A stretch of DNA of 64,000 bases from Candidatus Sulfomarinibacteraceae bacterium. Its GTDB lineage: Bacteria; Acidobacteriota; Thermoanaerobaculia; Thermoanaerobaculales; Sulfomarinibacteraceae. The stretch is taken from positions 167,372-231,371 of the forward strand of contig CAWCLO010000001.1 in assembly GCA_963796455.1 (NCBI GenBank). Direction: 5' to 3'. Below, one piece after another: positions 18,853 through 29,040 of the stretch. The translations under genes and the position numbers were made by a program. Each line of letters begins with the position of its first letter. Position 1 is the first letter of the stretch. A model generated the notes under the pieces. It saw nothing but the letters and a program-made list of their open reading frames with translations. It was not told the origin of the DNA and did no database searches.

Positions 18853-19962
18853 ATGAAACAGGCTCAAAAAACCGCCGCTCTGATTTCCGCAGTCATCATT
18901 CTGGGGTGTGCCGTCGCATCCGCCCAACTCGTTCAACCTTCTGCGGAAAAACTCGCCGAGTTGGATTCCTGGATCGAAGCTCACCTGGAGGAAAAGATCA
19001 TCCCAGGTGCGTTGGTCGCGGTGGCCTCGAAGGGCCGGATCGTTCACCTCAAAGGATATGGCCTGGCCAATGTCGAACTGAACGTCCCTGTCTCAGACAT
19101 GACGGTCTTCGAGATCGGTTCCATCAGCAAGCAGTTCGTGTCCGCCGCCGCCCTGCTGCTCGTTGAGGAGGAAAGACTCGATCTCGACGACTCCATCCAC
19201 AAATTTCTGTCGGTCCTCCCGGGTGAGTGGCACGGCGTCACGGTCCGGCAGCTCATGAACCATACCTCCGGCATCCCGGATTACGAGGAGATCGCTTCCT
19301 ACGACATCTACCGGTTTCGCCTGACTCCCGCCGAGGTCATTCGAATCGCCCAATCCCGCCCCATGGACTTCGTACCGGGAACCGGGTGGCACTACAGCAA
19401 TACCGGTTATTACCTATTGAGCATGATCGTCGAAAACCTCGAGGGACAGTCCCTCGGGCAGGTGCTTCAAAGGCGCATCTTCGGTCCCCTGGAGATGACT
19501 CAGACGAGGATGGCGGACCCGGAAGCCATCATCCCCCACCGGGCGGCCGGCTATTGGGTCGACAAAACCGGGAAGCTCATCAACCGGAACCCTACCGAAA
19601 CCTCATCGACCCTCGGCGCAGGCGGGATCGCGTCGACCGCCACGGACCTCGCGAAATGGGACGAGGCCCTCTATGGAGAAGAGCTCCTGAGCGCACAATC
19701 AAAAGAGATGATGTGGACGGCGACGATCCTGCCGAATGGGGAAAACACCGGTTACGGTTTCGGGTGGGGTCTCGAACCCTACAAGGACCTGACCCGGATC
19801 GGCCACTCCGGCATGGTCGCAGGGTTTGTGGCGATGTACTCCCGATTCCCCGACCAGGAAATGTCCGTCATGGTGTTCATGAATCGTTATAAGGTGCCCA
19901 GCTTTCAGATCCAGCGGGCTGTGCTCCACACGTTCATGCCGAGCCTCGGGCCGATTCCATAA
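18853..19962 (+). CDS. Serine hydrolase, class C beta-lactamase / DD-peptidase family (S12)
   Basis: Signal peptide present. SISKQF is the SxxK motif, YSNTGY is YxN, and HSGMVAGF is the late motif. Confidence 0.85.
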   Translation: MKQAQKTAALISAVIILGCAVASAQLVQPSAEKLAELDSWIEAHLEEKIIPGALVAVASKGRIVHLKGYGLANVELNVPVSDMTVFEIGSISKQFVSAAALLLVEEERLDLDDSIHKFLSVLPGEWHGVTVRQLMNHTSGIPDYEEIASYDIYRFRLTPAEVIRIAQSRPMDFVPGTGWHYSNTGYYLLSMIVENLEGQSLGQVLQRRIFGPLEMTQTRMADPEAIIPHRAAGYWVDKTGKLINRNPTETSSTLGAGGIASTATDLAKWDEALYGEELLSAQSKEMMWTATILPNGENTGYGFGWGLEPYKDLTRIGHSGMVAGFVAMYSRFPDQEMSVMVFMNRYKVPSFQIQRAVLHTFMPSLGPIP

Positions 19963-20121
19963 CTTCACGTCCGAATCACAACTGCGGCTGCAGTCGCCAA
20001 CGGAATTGCGGAGATCAACTCCGCCCTGAAGGATTCTCGTCATCGGGGCGGTGTTTATCCCTGGCCCCAGAAGCGTGAAAATTCCAAGCGGATCCATTTA
20101 TAATGAGATTCGGAATCAATC

Positions 20122-22733
20122 ATGTTTTTTCGTACTCTCCGTGTCTCGGTATGCGCTCTGGGGATTGCCGTCTGCACGACAGCTCCCGTGGTCGATGGCG
20201 CGACTCCGGTATTCCTCGACGGATTCGAATCGGGGGACCTGTGCGCCTGGCAGGGCACCTGTCCTGCGCCCACGGATGTGGCTGGCACGTGGATCGGTTC
20301 TCTGTCCTTTCCTGGTGGGGTGTCCCGAACCATCGTGCTCCAGCTTCATCCGAGGGTCGATGGCGATCTGCTCGGCTACATGCTCGGGACCAGTGAGAGC
20401 TGGGTCATGCGGTCCGGAACCTATGCCGCCGGCGCGCTCGATCTGGAACTCGCCTTGCAGGGCCCCTCCGGCGACCGGATCGTGACCCTGTCCGGCCCGG
20501 TTAACGGCGGCCGGGCCACCCTCACTCTGAGCGGCGATCTTGCCGGCCAGACGGTCAGCCTCATTCGTTGGCCCGAAGAGCTCGTCGAACACCGCTTCGC
20601 CTTTGCAGACTCCAGCGATGGTCTCTCGAACCCCCACTTCATCAGCATGGCCGTCGTCCTGAATGGAGCTGGAGAACTGGTGGCGGGCGCTTGGGCCGGA
20701 TCCGAGCAAAAACCGCCCTGGGATCAAGACGGCGGAGTCAATTCGTTTTCAATCGACGGCGACATGGTGACGTTTGGGCTCGATCTCGACGGCGGTTGCT
20801 CCGACGGCTCCGTGCTCGACGGCGCTCTCGATTCCTCCATCGGCTTTTATACCGGCAGCTTCAACCTGATCGACTGTTCAGGATCGCAGGCTGGGACGCT
20901 GCTCGGCGGATTCATCGACGGCACCACGTCGGCAGATGTCACCGAAGTTCTGTCCGCACTGGCCGCGATTGCGGATCAGCTCGAGTCGGGTGCCCCTTTT
21001 CCCAGCCCCACCCCTCGTTCGTCGAGACCTACTTCCACGAAGGCACTGATCTTCCCGGCCTGTTCGCGGGCTTTACCGCCGAAACTACTTCGTGGGACGA
21101 CATCGAGTTCACCGTTCTCGACATCTCACGGATCGCCACCCGCGAAGTGCCCGGTGAAGTGGCGATCCTGTCCCGGCCCCTGGGTGTCGATTTCCAACAG
21201 ATTCGTTCCGGCGTGCCCTCGGGTGGAGGGATGCGAGAGACATATCTGGACACCCGCACCGACCCGCTCGCACTCGTAGCTCACAATCAACTCGGCGTTG
21301 TCGCGGATGACGGCGGAACCTGGAAGATCAACGGCGACCAACAGCCGGCCTTCGATCTGCCGTGGATGTCTTCGGCAATCCAGCCAGGCGACAAACGGCT
21401 CCTGGCCTCCACCTCGGCCGATCCGATCCACGTCTCTCTCGGCGGTTACGGCGGCCATTTCTCTCCGCTCAGCGGCCATGCTTTCGGCGACCGCAAGGCC
21501 AACTACTCTGGTTTTCTACCGGCCGACGACAACGAATTGGATGAGCTCGTCGGCGACGGCATCGGCGACGACGATGGCACCTGCTCTCCCGCCGAGTTCG
21601 AGGAAGGCGGCTGCGCGTACTGGGCGGCGGTCGACGGGTCCCTGGTTCGGCAGCGCACCCCTTGGTATCTCGCTCCTCAGAACGGCAAGGTTTCCGGCAT
21701 GAAACTGAAAAGCGGGGCACCTTCAGGATACTTCGATTCACCTCCCCACTGGGAAGTCGCCATGGCGTTCGACTCGGGCATCAAGATGGAGCTCGGACAC
21801 GTTGGCAGGATCGATGATGACGTGGCGCTCGCGGTGCTTGCCGAAACAGGCTGCGATCCTCGTAGCTGGCAAAGCTGCACCGGGGTCGGCCCCGGGAGTG
21901 ATCTCCTACTGGGGGCCACGCCTATCCAGGTGAGCGCTGGAGATCCCGTGGCTCAGCCCCAGGTCTTCGCGGACGAAGTTCCGGGCTTCGACGGCTACCA
22001 CGTGGGCGGAGGCAGCTACCCCGAGTATCCCTGGGCCCAGATGGAGTTCAACGTCTCGGCGGTCGTCGAGGGCCGGCTCATCAACGCCTGTGTCTTCGGA
22101 CTGATGAAAGGCGACCGCCGCCACGCATACAAAACGGTGATGGAAGCGGACATGGCCGACCCTGATTCGCAACGCTACCGGTCCCGTTTCGATTGGCCTC
22201 AGTGGGCGTGGCGGGCCGAGGCAGCGTTGTGCAACTCCGAGTGGCAGGGAAACACTGACTATTCGAGTCTGTCCACCAGTCTCGGCGGGTGGTACGAGCG
22301 GGACGACGCGGGCACCGTTTCCGACGAGTTGGTGGCCTTCGCCCCGATCGCCATGGAGACGGGGCTCTACGATCCGGAATCCTACGAACCCGGCACCGAT
22401 ACTCTGATTCTCCGCCAGAAAGCCTCTCCGGGTTCCTTTTCGTGGACAATGCCCGATGCCTCGGTCATCGAGGCCTTCTACCCTTCCGGTGAATTGCTGC
22501 AAAGGACGGCCTCGAGCCTTCTCGTCCTCTGGCGCGATATCGGTTGGGTCGGCGGCGATGTCTACCAGGCCGCAGCCTACCGTCTCGATGAGAATGGCTT
22601 GACGATCAAGTGGGGGCCGTTTGCAACAACCTCCGCCGGAGCCCTGGCGGTTGCGCCTACCCTGGGACCAGCTGAAGCGTGCGACGAATCCACTGTCATC
22701 TGCTACAACCACGACGAGCAGCCCGGGTACTGA
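20122..22733 (+). CDS. Large secreted protein of unknown function (about 870 aa if repaired). One frameshift lies near 20990-21015.
   Basis: ORF 20122..21279 gives a signal peptide and then FLDGFESGDLCAW. ORF 20568..22733 continues sensibly only from about 21000 (FSQPHPSFVETYFHEGTDL). The junction lies in runs of C and T. Confidence 0.6.
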
Positions 22734-22765
22734 AAACGGATTCCAACCCAGGGGAATCGAGGTCC

Positions 22766-23320
22766 CTACGACCCTCGGATCTTCAGGCGTGCCTTGAGTT
22801 CGCCCGGGGTGATCTCCCCCGCATGGTGCACCGCCTCCACCTGATCAAAGTCCGAGACCCTGTGCCCTGAGTTTCGCATCTCTTCCGGCGACGGGAGCTG
22901 GACGAAGCGAGTCTCCGGTTCCTGTTCGCAGTAGCGGGCGAAGGCAGAATCGGTGCCGCTGATGTGATTTTGAATCCACCTCTGAATGAGGCCCTGTAAG
23001 GACGTCACCGTCGCCGCCACTGATCCTTCCTGATTGTTGATAGATCTGCTCAATTCAGAAAGTTCCCGCCGCATCATGGCGTGTTCCCAGCGGTGGCGGT
23101 CTACTCCTTCGTAGCCGGCGGCGACCATGGCGTACTCTTCGGAGTCGAAATGGTATTTGGCATAGGCGATGAGAAATCTCGCCGCGCGCAAGACGATTGC
23201 ACGATTTCCATTGACCGCACCGATCGAATTCACGGTCCGCGCCCAATGGATGAGAGCGCGGTGCTGGTCGTCGATGCCCTGAATGCCGGTCAACAGATTG
23301 TCGGGAAGTACGACAGTCAT
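22766..23320 (-). CDS. Bacteriohemerythrin-like protein with a roughly 50-aa C-terminal extension
   Basis: AAGGAG lies 8 nt before ATG 23320. Motifs are IDDQHRALI, YHFDSEEYAM, HRWEH and NHISGTD (hemerythrin His/Glu/Asp ligands). The long upstream part of ORF 22766..23935 is Arg-rich and overlaps the cyclase-family gene (23533..24333). Confidence 0.75.
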   Translation of the reverse strand: MTVVLPDNLLTGIQGIDDQHRALIHWARTVNSIGAVNGNRAIVLRAARFLIAYAKYHFDSEEYAMVAAGYEGVDRHRWEHAMMRRELSELSRSINNQEGSVAATVTSLQGLIQRWIQNHISGTDSAFARYCEQEPETRFVQLPSPEEMRNSGHRVSDFDQVEAVHHAGEITPGELKARLKIRGS

Positions 23321-23532
23321 ATCTTGGTGCTCCTTTTTGGACCCCAGAGAGTCTCCGTCGGCTTTTTTTTGCAAACGCCGTGCCAAAATTCCACCAATCA
23401 GGAGCAAGGTCATCTCGGGAATATGTCCTAAATCGGAATAGTTACTGTATCGATCTAATGAATCTTTGCTTTTGATCGCCGCCGAACTGTCGAACATGGC
23501 GGGAAAAACTCTTTTTGTTGGGGGCAGGGGCC

Positions 23533-24333
23533 TCAGGGCACGATTGCCACGATGCGAAGCGGTCCGCCGCTTCCACCGGCGATCTTCATCGGCAGGGCGA
23601 TGATCACGAATCCGGTCTCCGGAAGCTGATCGAGGTTGGCGAGGTTTTCGAATGCCGGAATCTCCTCGGCGAAGAGCACCTGGTGTGACTCGAAGAGGGT
23701 CGACTGGCCGAAATCGATGCTTGGAGTATCGAGACCGATGCTCTTGATCGACCGATTGGCCACCAGCCATGCAGCCGCCTCGGGTTCGAGACCGGGAAAA
23801 TGGAGATCGGCCACCGCTTCCGGGCCACGTTCGTCCGTCCCCATGTAACGAACCCGGTCGGGCCAGAATGCGCCGAAGCCGGTGCGCAACAAAACAATGG
23901 CGCCGTCGGGAAGAGCGCCGTGCTGCGACTCCCATGCCTCGAAATCGGTGATCGACACCTCATAGTCCGAATCTGCCGCGCACTTTTCCGAGACATCGAT
24001 GAGCACCGCCTCGCCCATCAAGCGGTCGAGGGGGATCTGGTCGACGCTTACCTTGCCCTCCGAGAAATGGATGGGAGCATCGATATGTGTTCCACCGTGC
24101 TCGGCGGTGCAGAAGGTGTTGGCGGTGTAGTAATAGCCGTTTTCGGTGACGCCCTCGAAATCGGCAGCCAGGCTGAATCCCTCTGCGGTGGGCCAGAAGA
24201 TCGTGGACTCGTCATAGCTGTAGCTCAAATCAACTACGGTGCCCTCCGGAAGGGCGAATGGCGCCAGGGACTGCTCCGGGGGAACGGGTTGGCAGCCGCT
24301 CAGTACGATCACAACGAGAAGCACAAGGCGCAT
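23533..24333 (-). CDS. Cyclase-family protein (kynurenine/aryl formamidase-like), lipoprotein
   Basis: Lipobox is LLVVIVLSGC. HGGTHIDAPIHF is the signature of the putative-cyclase family. Confidence 0.8.
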   Translation of the reverse strand: MRLVLLVVIVLSGCQPVPPEQSLAPFALPEGTVVDLSYSYDESTIFWPTAEGFSLAADFEGVTENGYYYTANTFCTAEHGGTHIDAPIHFSEGKVSVDQIPLDRLMGEAVLIDVSEKCAADSDYEVSITDFEAWESQHGALPDGAIVLLRTGFGAFWPDRVRYMGTDERGPEAVADLHFPGLEPEAAAWLVANRSIKSIGLDTPSIDFGQSTLFESHQVLFAEEIPAFENLANLDQLPETGFVIIALPMKIAGGSGGPLRIVAIVP

Positions 24334-24498
24334 CGTACGGTCTCCATTCAGTCGAGTTTTGTAAGTACGAGCCTATGGTACCGCCGCCGGACCCGATGGT
24401 CACCCGGTAACGAAGATCCGGCCCAAAAAAAGAGAGTCCTTGCTTTTGGCGCCAATATCGCCTATCACATTGACGAACCTGCTGATTGGGAGGGTCCT

Positions 24499-25425
24499 AT
24501 GTCAAAGAAAGTCCTGGTAGCTACAGAAAAACCGTTTTCACCGGCAGCCGTCGAACAGCTCGTCGAAGTGTTCAAGGCAGCGAATTACGAAGTCCAGCTT
24601 CTCGAGAGCTACACCGACAAAGCGGACTTGCTCGCCGCAGTGGTTGATGCAGATGCGATGATCATCCGCAGCGACAAGGTCACGGCCGAGGTCCTCGATG
24701 CAGCCAAACAGCTGAAGATCGTCGTCCGCGCCGGTGCCGGCTACGACAATATCGATTGCGCCAAGGCGGCCGAGATGAACGTGGTCGCCATGAATACTCC
24801 CGGACAGAACTCCAATGCCGTGGCCGAACTCGTCTTCGGCATGATGGTGATGAACGCTCGCAACAATTACAACGGCAAACCCGGCACCGAGCTCCGCGGC
24901 AAGAAGATCGGTATCCACGCCTACGGCAACGTCGGCATCTATGTGGCCAAGGCGGCTCACGGTTTCGGCATGGACGTCTATGCATTCGATCCCTACGTCG
25001 ACGACGAGGCCATCAAATCCGACGGCGTGACTCCGGTAGCCTCAGTCGAGGAGCTCTACGAGACCTGCCAGTATGTCTCGCTCCACATCCCGGAAACCCC
25101 GAAGACAATGAAATCGATCAACTTCGAGCTGCTCTCGAAGATGCCCAAAGGGGGCACACTGATCAACACTGCGCGGCTCGGGGTGATCGACGAAGAGGGT
25201 CTGGCGAAGATCTTCGCCGAGCGCGATGACTTTGTCTATCTCTCGGATATCTCACCCGCCTGCAAGGATGAAATCGTCGCCAAGTACGACGACGGCCGCT
25301 ACTTCTTCACACCAAAGAAGATGGGCGCGCAAACAGCCGAGGCCAACATCAATGCAGGCGTGGCAGCCGCAAATCAGATCGTCAAGTTTTTCGAAAACGG
25401 AGACGAGACCTTCAAGGTTAATTGA
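24499..25425 (+). CDS. D-isomer-specific 2-hydroxyacid dehydrogenase (phosphoglycerate dehydrogenase-like)
   Basis: Start is MSKKVLVATEK after GGGAGGG. Motifs are RAGAGYDNID and the IGIHAYGNVGIYVA NAD fold. The upstream part of ORF 23800..25425 is antisense to the cyclase gene. Confidence 0.85.
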   Translation: MSKKVLVATEKPFSPAAVEQLVEVFKAANYEVQLLESYTDKADLLAAVVDADAMIIRSDKVTAEVLDAAKQLKIVVRAGAGYDNIDCAKAAEMNVVAMNTPGQNSNAVAELVFGMMVMNARNNYNGKPGTELRGKKIGIHAYGNVGIYVAKAAHGFGMDVYAFDPYVDDEAIKSDGVTPVASVEELYETCQYVSLHIPETPKTMKSINFELLSKMPKGGTLINTARLGVIDEEGLAKIFAERDDFVYLSDISPACKDEIVAKYDDGRYFFTPKKMGAQTAEANINAGVAAANQIVKFFENGDETFKVN

Positions 25426-25468
25426 TCCGACACGTCCGTTGACCCATTTTCGCGCAAGGGTTCACGAC

Positions 25469-27165
25469 TCAGGCGCGTCCCTGCTTCGGGGAAAACAGCG
25501 GATTGAGAAGGTGTGCGACTGCGATCAGAACGACGCAACCGATCACGTTGAACCACAGATACGGAATCTCGCTGAAGAAGAAACATCCAAGAACAAAGGC
25601 TTCCGCAATGATCGCGGCGACGAAGGTCGCATCTCCACCGATCTTTTTGAACGAAAACGCGATCAGGAAGATCCCCAGGATTGAACCGTAGAACAACGAA
25701 CCGAGGATATTGACGGCTTCGATGAGAGAACCGAGGCGATTGGCAAACATCGCAAACGCTATCGCGTAGGCTCCCCAAAACACGGAGATGATCTTCGTCA
25801 CCCTGAGATAGTGGCGATCGGTTTTTCCGGGTTTGAAGACCCGTCGGTAGATGTCGATCACCGAAACCGACGCCAGTGCGTTGAGTTCAGCGGCCGTGGA
25901 TGACATGGACGCCGACAGGATCGCCGCCAGAATCAGCCCCACCAGACCCACCGGAAGGAAGTTGATGACAAAGCTCAGAAAGATGTAATTGATGTCGTTG
26001 GTGTCAGCCCCTGGATCGGACAGAGCAATGAGAGAGGCGGCTTCCTTACGAAGTTCTTGCTCCTGAGACTTTGAAACCTCGAGTGTTTCCAACGCGCGAT
26101 CGAGGCCCGCTTCGTCGTCGCTCTCCATCGCGGCCAACATCGACCGGAGATGGATCTGTTTCTCGTCGTGGAGCTGCGCGAACTCGGACTCCAATCGCTC
26201 GTAGGCCTGCGATTGAACGCCGTTTTTGACGGCTGTGGTCTCGACCGGATTGAAAAACAACGGTGGCATGACGAACTGATAGAAGACGAAGATCATCGCG
26301 CCGATAAAGAGAATGCAGAATTGCATGGGGATCTTCAATACGCCGTTGGCCAACAATCCAAGCCTGCTCTCGGCGATCGAGCGACCGGACAGATAGCGCT
26401 GTACCTGTGACTGATCGGTTCCAAAATATGAGAGGGCCAGGAAGGTCCCACCGATGAGTCCGGACCAGACGTTGTAGCGGTCCTTCCAGTCAAAATGGAA
26501 ATTGATGACGTTCAGATTTCCCATTTTCCCGGCCACATTGGTGGCGTCCAGGAATGAAATATCGGGAGGCAGGAGGCGGAGGATCATGATGAAGGCCGCC
26601 ACCATGCCCATCGAGATGATCCCCATCTGCATCAGGTGCGTCTTGTTGACGGCATCGGTCCCGCCCGTCGTCGTGTAGAGAGTCACCAATCCGCCGATCA
26701 CGAGGATCGTCAGCCGGATATCCCACCCCAGAAGAACGGAAATGATCAACGACGGGGCGAAGATCGTGAAACCACAGGCCAGGCCCCGCTGGGTCAGAAA
26801 AAGGATGCTGCCCAGCGTGCGGTTTTTGACATCGAAGCGCTGTTCAAGGAATTCGTAGGCCGTGTACACCTTCATCCTGTGGAAATCGGAACCGCGGTGA
26901 CGGAAAGGATGACCATGGCGATCGGAAGCCCCAGATAAAACTGCACGAATCGCATTCCGTCCACGTAGGCCTGGCCTGGAGCGGAAAGAAAGGTGATCGC
27001 GCTGGCCTGGGTGGCCATGATCGAGAGGGTGATCGTGTACCAGGGGGTGGATTTATTGGCCAGGATGTATCCATCCATGTCCTTTTTTCCGCGCGACTTC
27101 CAGACGCCGAAGGAAGCGACGAAAACAAGTGCGGCGGCCATCACGATCCAATCGATAGTACTCAT
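25469..27165 (-). CDS. Sodium:solute symporter family transporter, split by one frameshift near 26873-26885
   Basis: ORF 26872..27165 ends VTAVPISTG*. One extra T in the T3 run (plus-strand A3 at 26883-26885) would give VTAVPIFHRMKVYTAYEFLEQRF, joining ORF 25469..26875. The protein is multi-TM throughout. Confidence 0.85.
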
Positions 27166-27168
27166 GGT

Positions 27169-28308
27169 CTAGCTCTGCAAAACTTCCTCATAGAACGCCT
27201 CGTACCGGGGGATGATCTGGATCGCGTTGAAGTCACTGACGGCTCGATCCCGCGCCTTCCTCCCGAAGGCTTCGTGTTGCTCGCGATCGAGCAGAAGAGC
27301 GGCCGCGGCCTCGGCCATCCTTTCGGTTTCGCCAACGGGAAACAGGTAACCCGTCTCGCCGTGTGCAACGATTTCGGGCAGCCCGCCGATTTCGGTCGCG
27401 ATCACCGGCACCCCACAGTTCATGGCTTCGAGGGCCGTCAAGCCAAAGCTCTCCTGCTCGCTGGGCAGCAGAAAGAGATCCGCGCAGGAGAGCAGCGGTT
27501 CCAATTGATCCTGTTCTCCCAGGAAATGAACCTTGTCACTCAGGTTCAGGTCGCTGACCAACTGTTGCGTCTTGCGCAGATCCGGGCCATCACCTACCAG
27601 GACGAGCCGGGCAGGAAGAAGCTCTTGCACCCGAGCAAATATGCGAACGACGTCCTCCGCCCTCTTCACCGGCCGGAAATTCGAAGCGTGGATGAGGATC
27701 TTCTCTCCGTCTGGTGCATAGGTCTCGCGGGAACACATATCGCGGCTCAGCGCCGGCCGGGCGGGATCGATGAAGTTGGGGATGACCCGAATCTCCTGCT
27801 GAATTCCAAACTCTTCAATGGTGCGTTGTTTGAGATAGTCCGAGACCGCCGTCACACCATCCGATTCTTCGATCGCGAATTTGATCACCTTTTTGAACGA
27901 GGCATCGGCGCCCACCAGCGTGATGTCCGTTCCGTGCAGTGTGGTGACCGTTTTCAGACCCTGTGAGTCCATGATCTGCTTGGCCAGATAGGCGCTGGTG
28001 GCATGGGGCATCGCATAGTGGGCGTGGATCAGTTCGATGTGAAAGGACTCGGCGAGATCGACCAGCTTCGTGGCCAGGGCCAGGGCGTACGGCGGGTACT
28101 TCAACAAAGGATAGGTCGCGAAACCAACCTCGTGCATGAACAAATTGGGGTGGAAGCCCTGCAGGCGAAACGGTGTCGCATAGCTGACGATGTGGACCTC
28201 ATGCCCACGTTCCGCCAACCCGATGGCCAACTCCGACGCCACGACGCCACTTCCGCCATGGGTCGGATAACAGAGCACACCGATTTTCACGGAATCGTCT
28301 CCAGACAT
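27169..28308 (-). CDS. bshA: N-acetyl-alpha-D-glucosaminyl L-malate synthase (GT4)
   Basis: [36 protein letters not shown] matches the B. subtilis BshA N-terminus pattern. The EX7E-type C-terminus is [17 protein letters not shown]. It is adjacent to bshB1 and bshC. Confidence 0.85.
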   Translation of the reverse strand: MSGDDSVKIGVLCYPTHGGSGVVASELAIGLAERGHEVHIVSYATPFRLQGFHPNLFMHEVGFATYPLLKYPPYALALATKLVDLAESFHIELIHAHYAMPHATSAYLAKQIMDSQGLKTVTTLHGTDITLVGADASFKKVIKFAIEESDGVTAVSDYLKQRTIEEFGIQQEIRVIPNFIDPARPALSRDMCSRETYAPDGEKILIHASNFRPVKRAEDVVRIFARVQELLPARLVLVGDGPDLRKTQQLVSDLNLSDKVHFLGEQDQLEPLLSCADLFLLPSEQESFGLTALEAMNCGVPVIATEIGGLPEIVAHGETGYLFPVGETERMAEAAAALLLDREQHEAFGRKARDRAVSDFNAIQIIPRYEAFYEEVLQS

Positions 28309-29036
28309 TCGGGGCCGAAGAATTCGACCGGGTCATCGATGCGGAGCGCCTCCCGCACCAGAAAAGGCTCACCGAATTCGACGCCGACATAGGTCCCGTA
28401 CTGGCGATCTCTCGTCTCGATGCGCCTGATGAAATCGGGCCGGCTGATCAGGGTTTCGTCCGCGCCGTGCTCCGCCTTGTTCGGGTTGTCGAACTGCGAC
28501 TCATAGCACCTGATCGCTTTGAGCTTTTTCGAGTGAACACCGGATATATCGACGACGAAGGACGGAGAAAACTCGAAACGCGACTGGTAGAAGAGCACCT
28601 TGAACGGCCGGTGGGCCTCCTGTCCTGTGTCGAGTTTCTTCAGACCGGCAAGATAGCTCGCCTCGCGGACAATCCTGGAGGCCGCTTCGTGGTCAGGGTG
28701 CCGGGCAACCCAATAGGGAGCGAAGACGATCCTTGGTTGGTGGGCCCTGATTTCCCGAATGACCTTGATCTTGTTCTCCCAGTAAGGCTCGACGCGTCCG
28801 TCCGGCATGTCCAGCGCCTTGTGTACGGACACGCCCATCACCTTTGCCGCGGCAGCGAATTCACGCGCCCGGATCTCGACGCTGCCCCGGGTACCCATCT
28901 CGCCACGGGTCAGCGCGACAACACCGGTCGCATAGCCCTGTTGCGCCAGTTTGATGATCGTCCCCCCGCACCCGAGCTCCACATCGTCGGGATGCGCTCC
29001 GAAGGCGATGACGTCAAGCTTCACTCCGTCCTCCAT
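28287..29036 (-). CDS. bshB1: N-acetyl-alpha-D-glucosaminyl L-malate deacetylase (LmbE/PIG-L family)
   Basis: Met 29036 is followed by LDVIAFGAHPDDVELGCGGTIIKL and LTRGEMGTRGS. It overlaps the bshA start by 22 nt. Confidence 0.8.
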   Translation of the reverse strand: MEDGVKLDVIAFGAHPDDVELGCGGTIIKLAQQGYATGVVALTRGEMGTRGSVEIRAREFAAAAKVMGVSVHKALDMPDGRVEPYWENKIKVIREIRAHQPRIVFAPYWVARHPDHEAASRIVREASYLAGLKKLDTGQEAHRPFKVLFYQSRFEFSPSFVVDISGVHSKKLKAIRCYESQFDNPNKAEHGADETLISRPDFIRRIETRDRQYGTYVGVEFGEPFLVREALRIDDPVEFFGPECLETIP

Positions 29037-29040
29037 CCGA

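Noticed and set aside
23321-23935. N-terminal 205 residues of ORF 22766..23935 as part of the hemerythrin gene
   Set aside because: This part is Arg-rich, overlaps the cyclase-family gene in another frame and crosses a lower-GC intergenic stretch. A strong AAGGAG lies upstream of ATG 23320, exactly where the hemerythrin domain begins.
23800-24498. N-terminal extension of ORF 23800..25425
   Set aside because: It is antisense to the cyclase-family gene. The dehydrogenase homology begins at Met 24499, which has an RBS.
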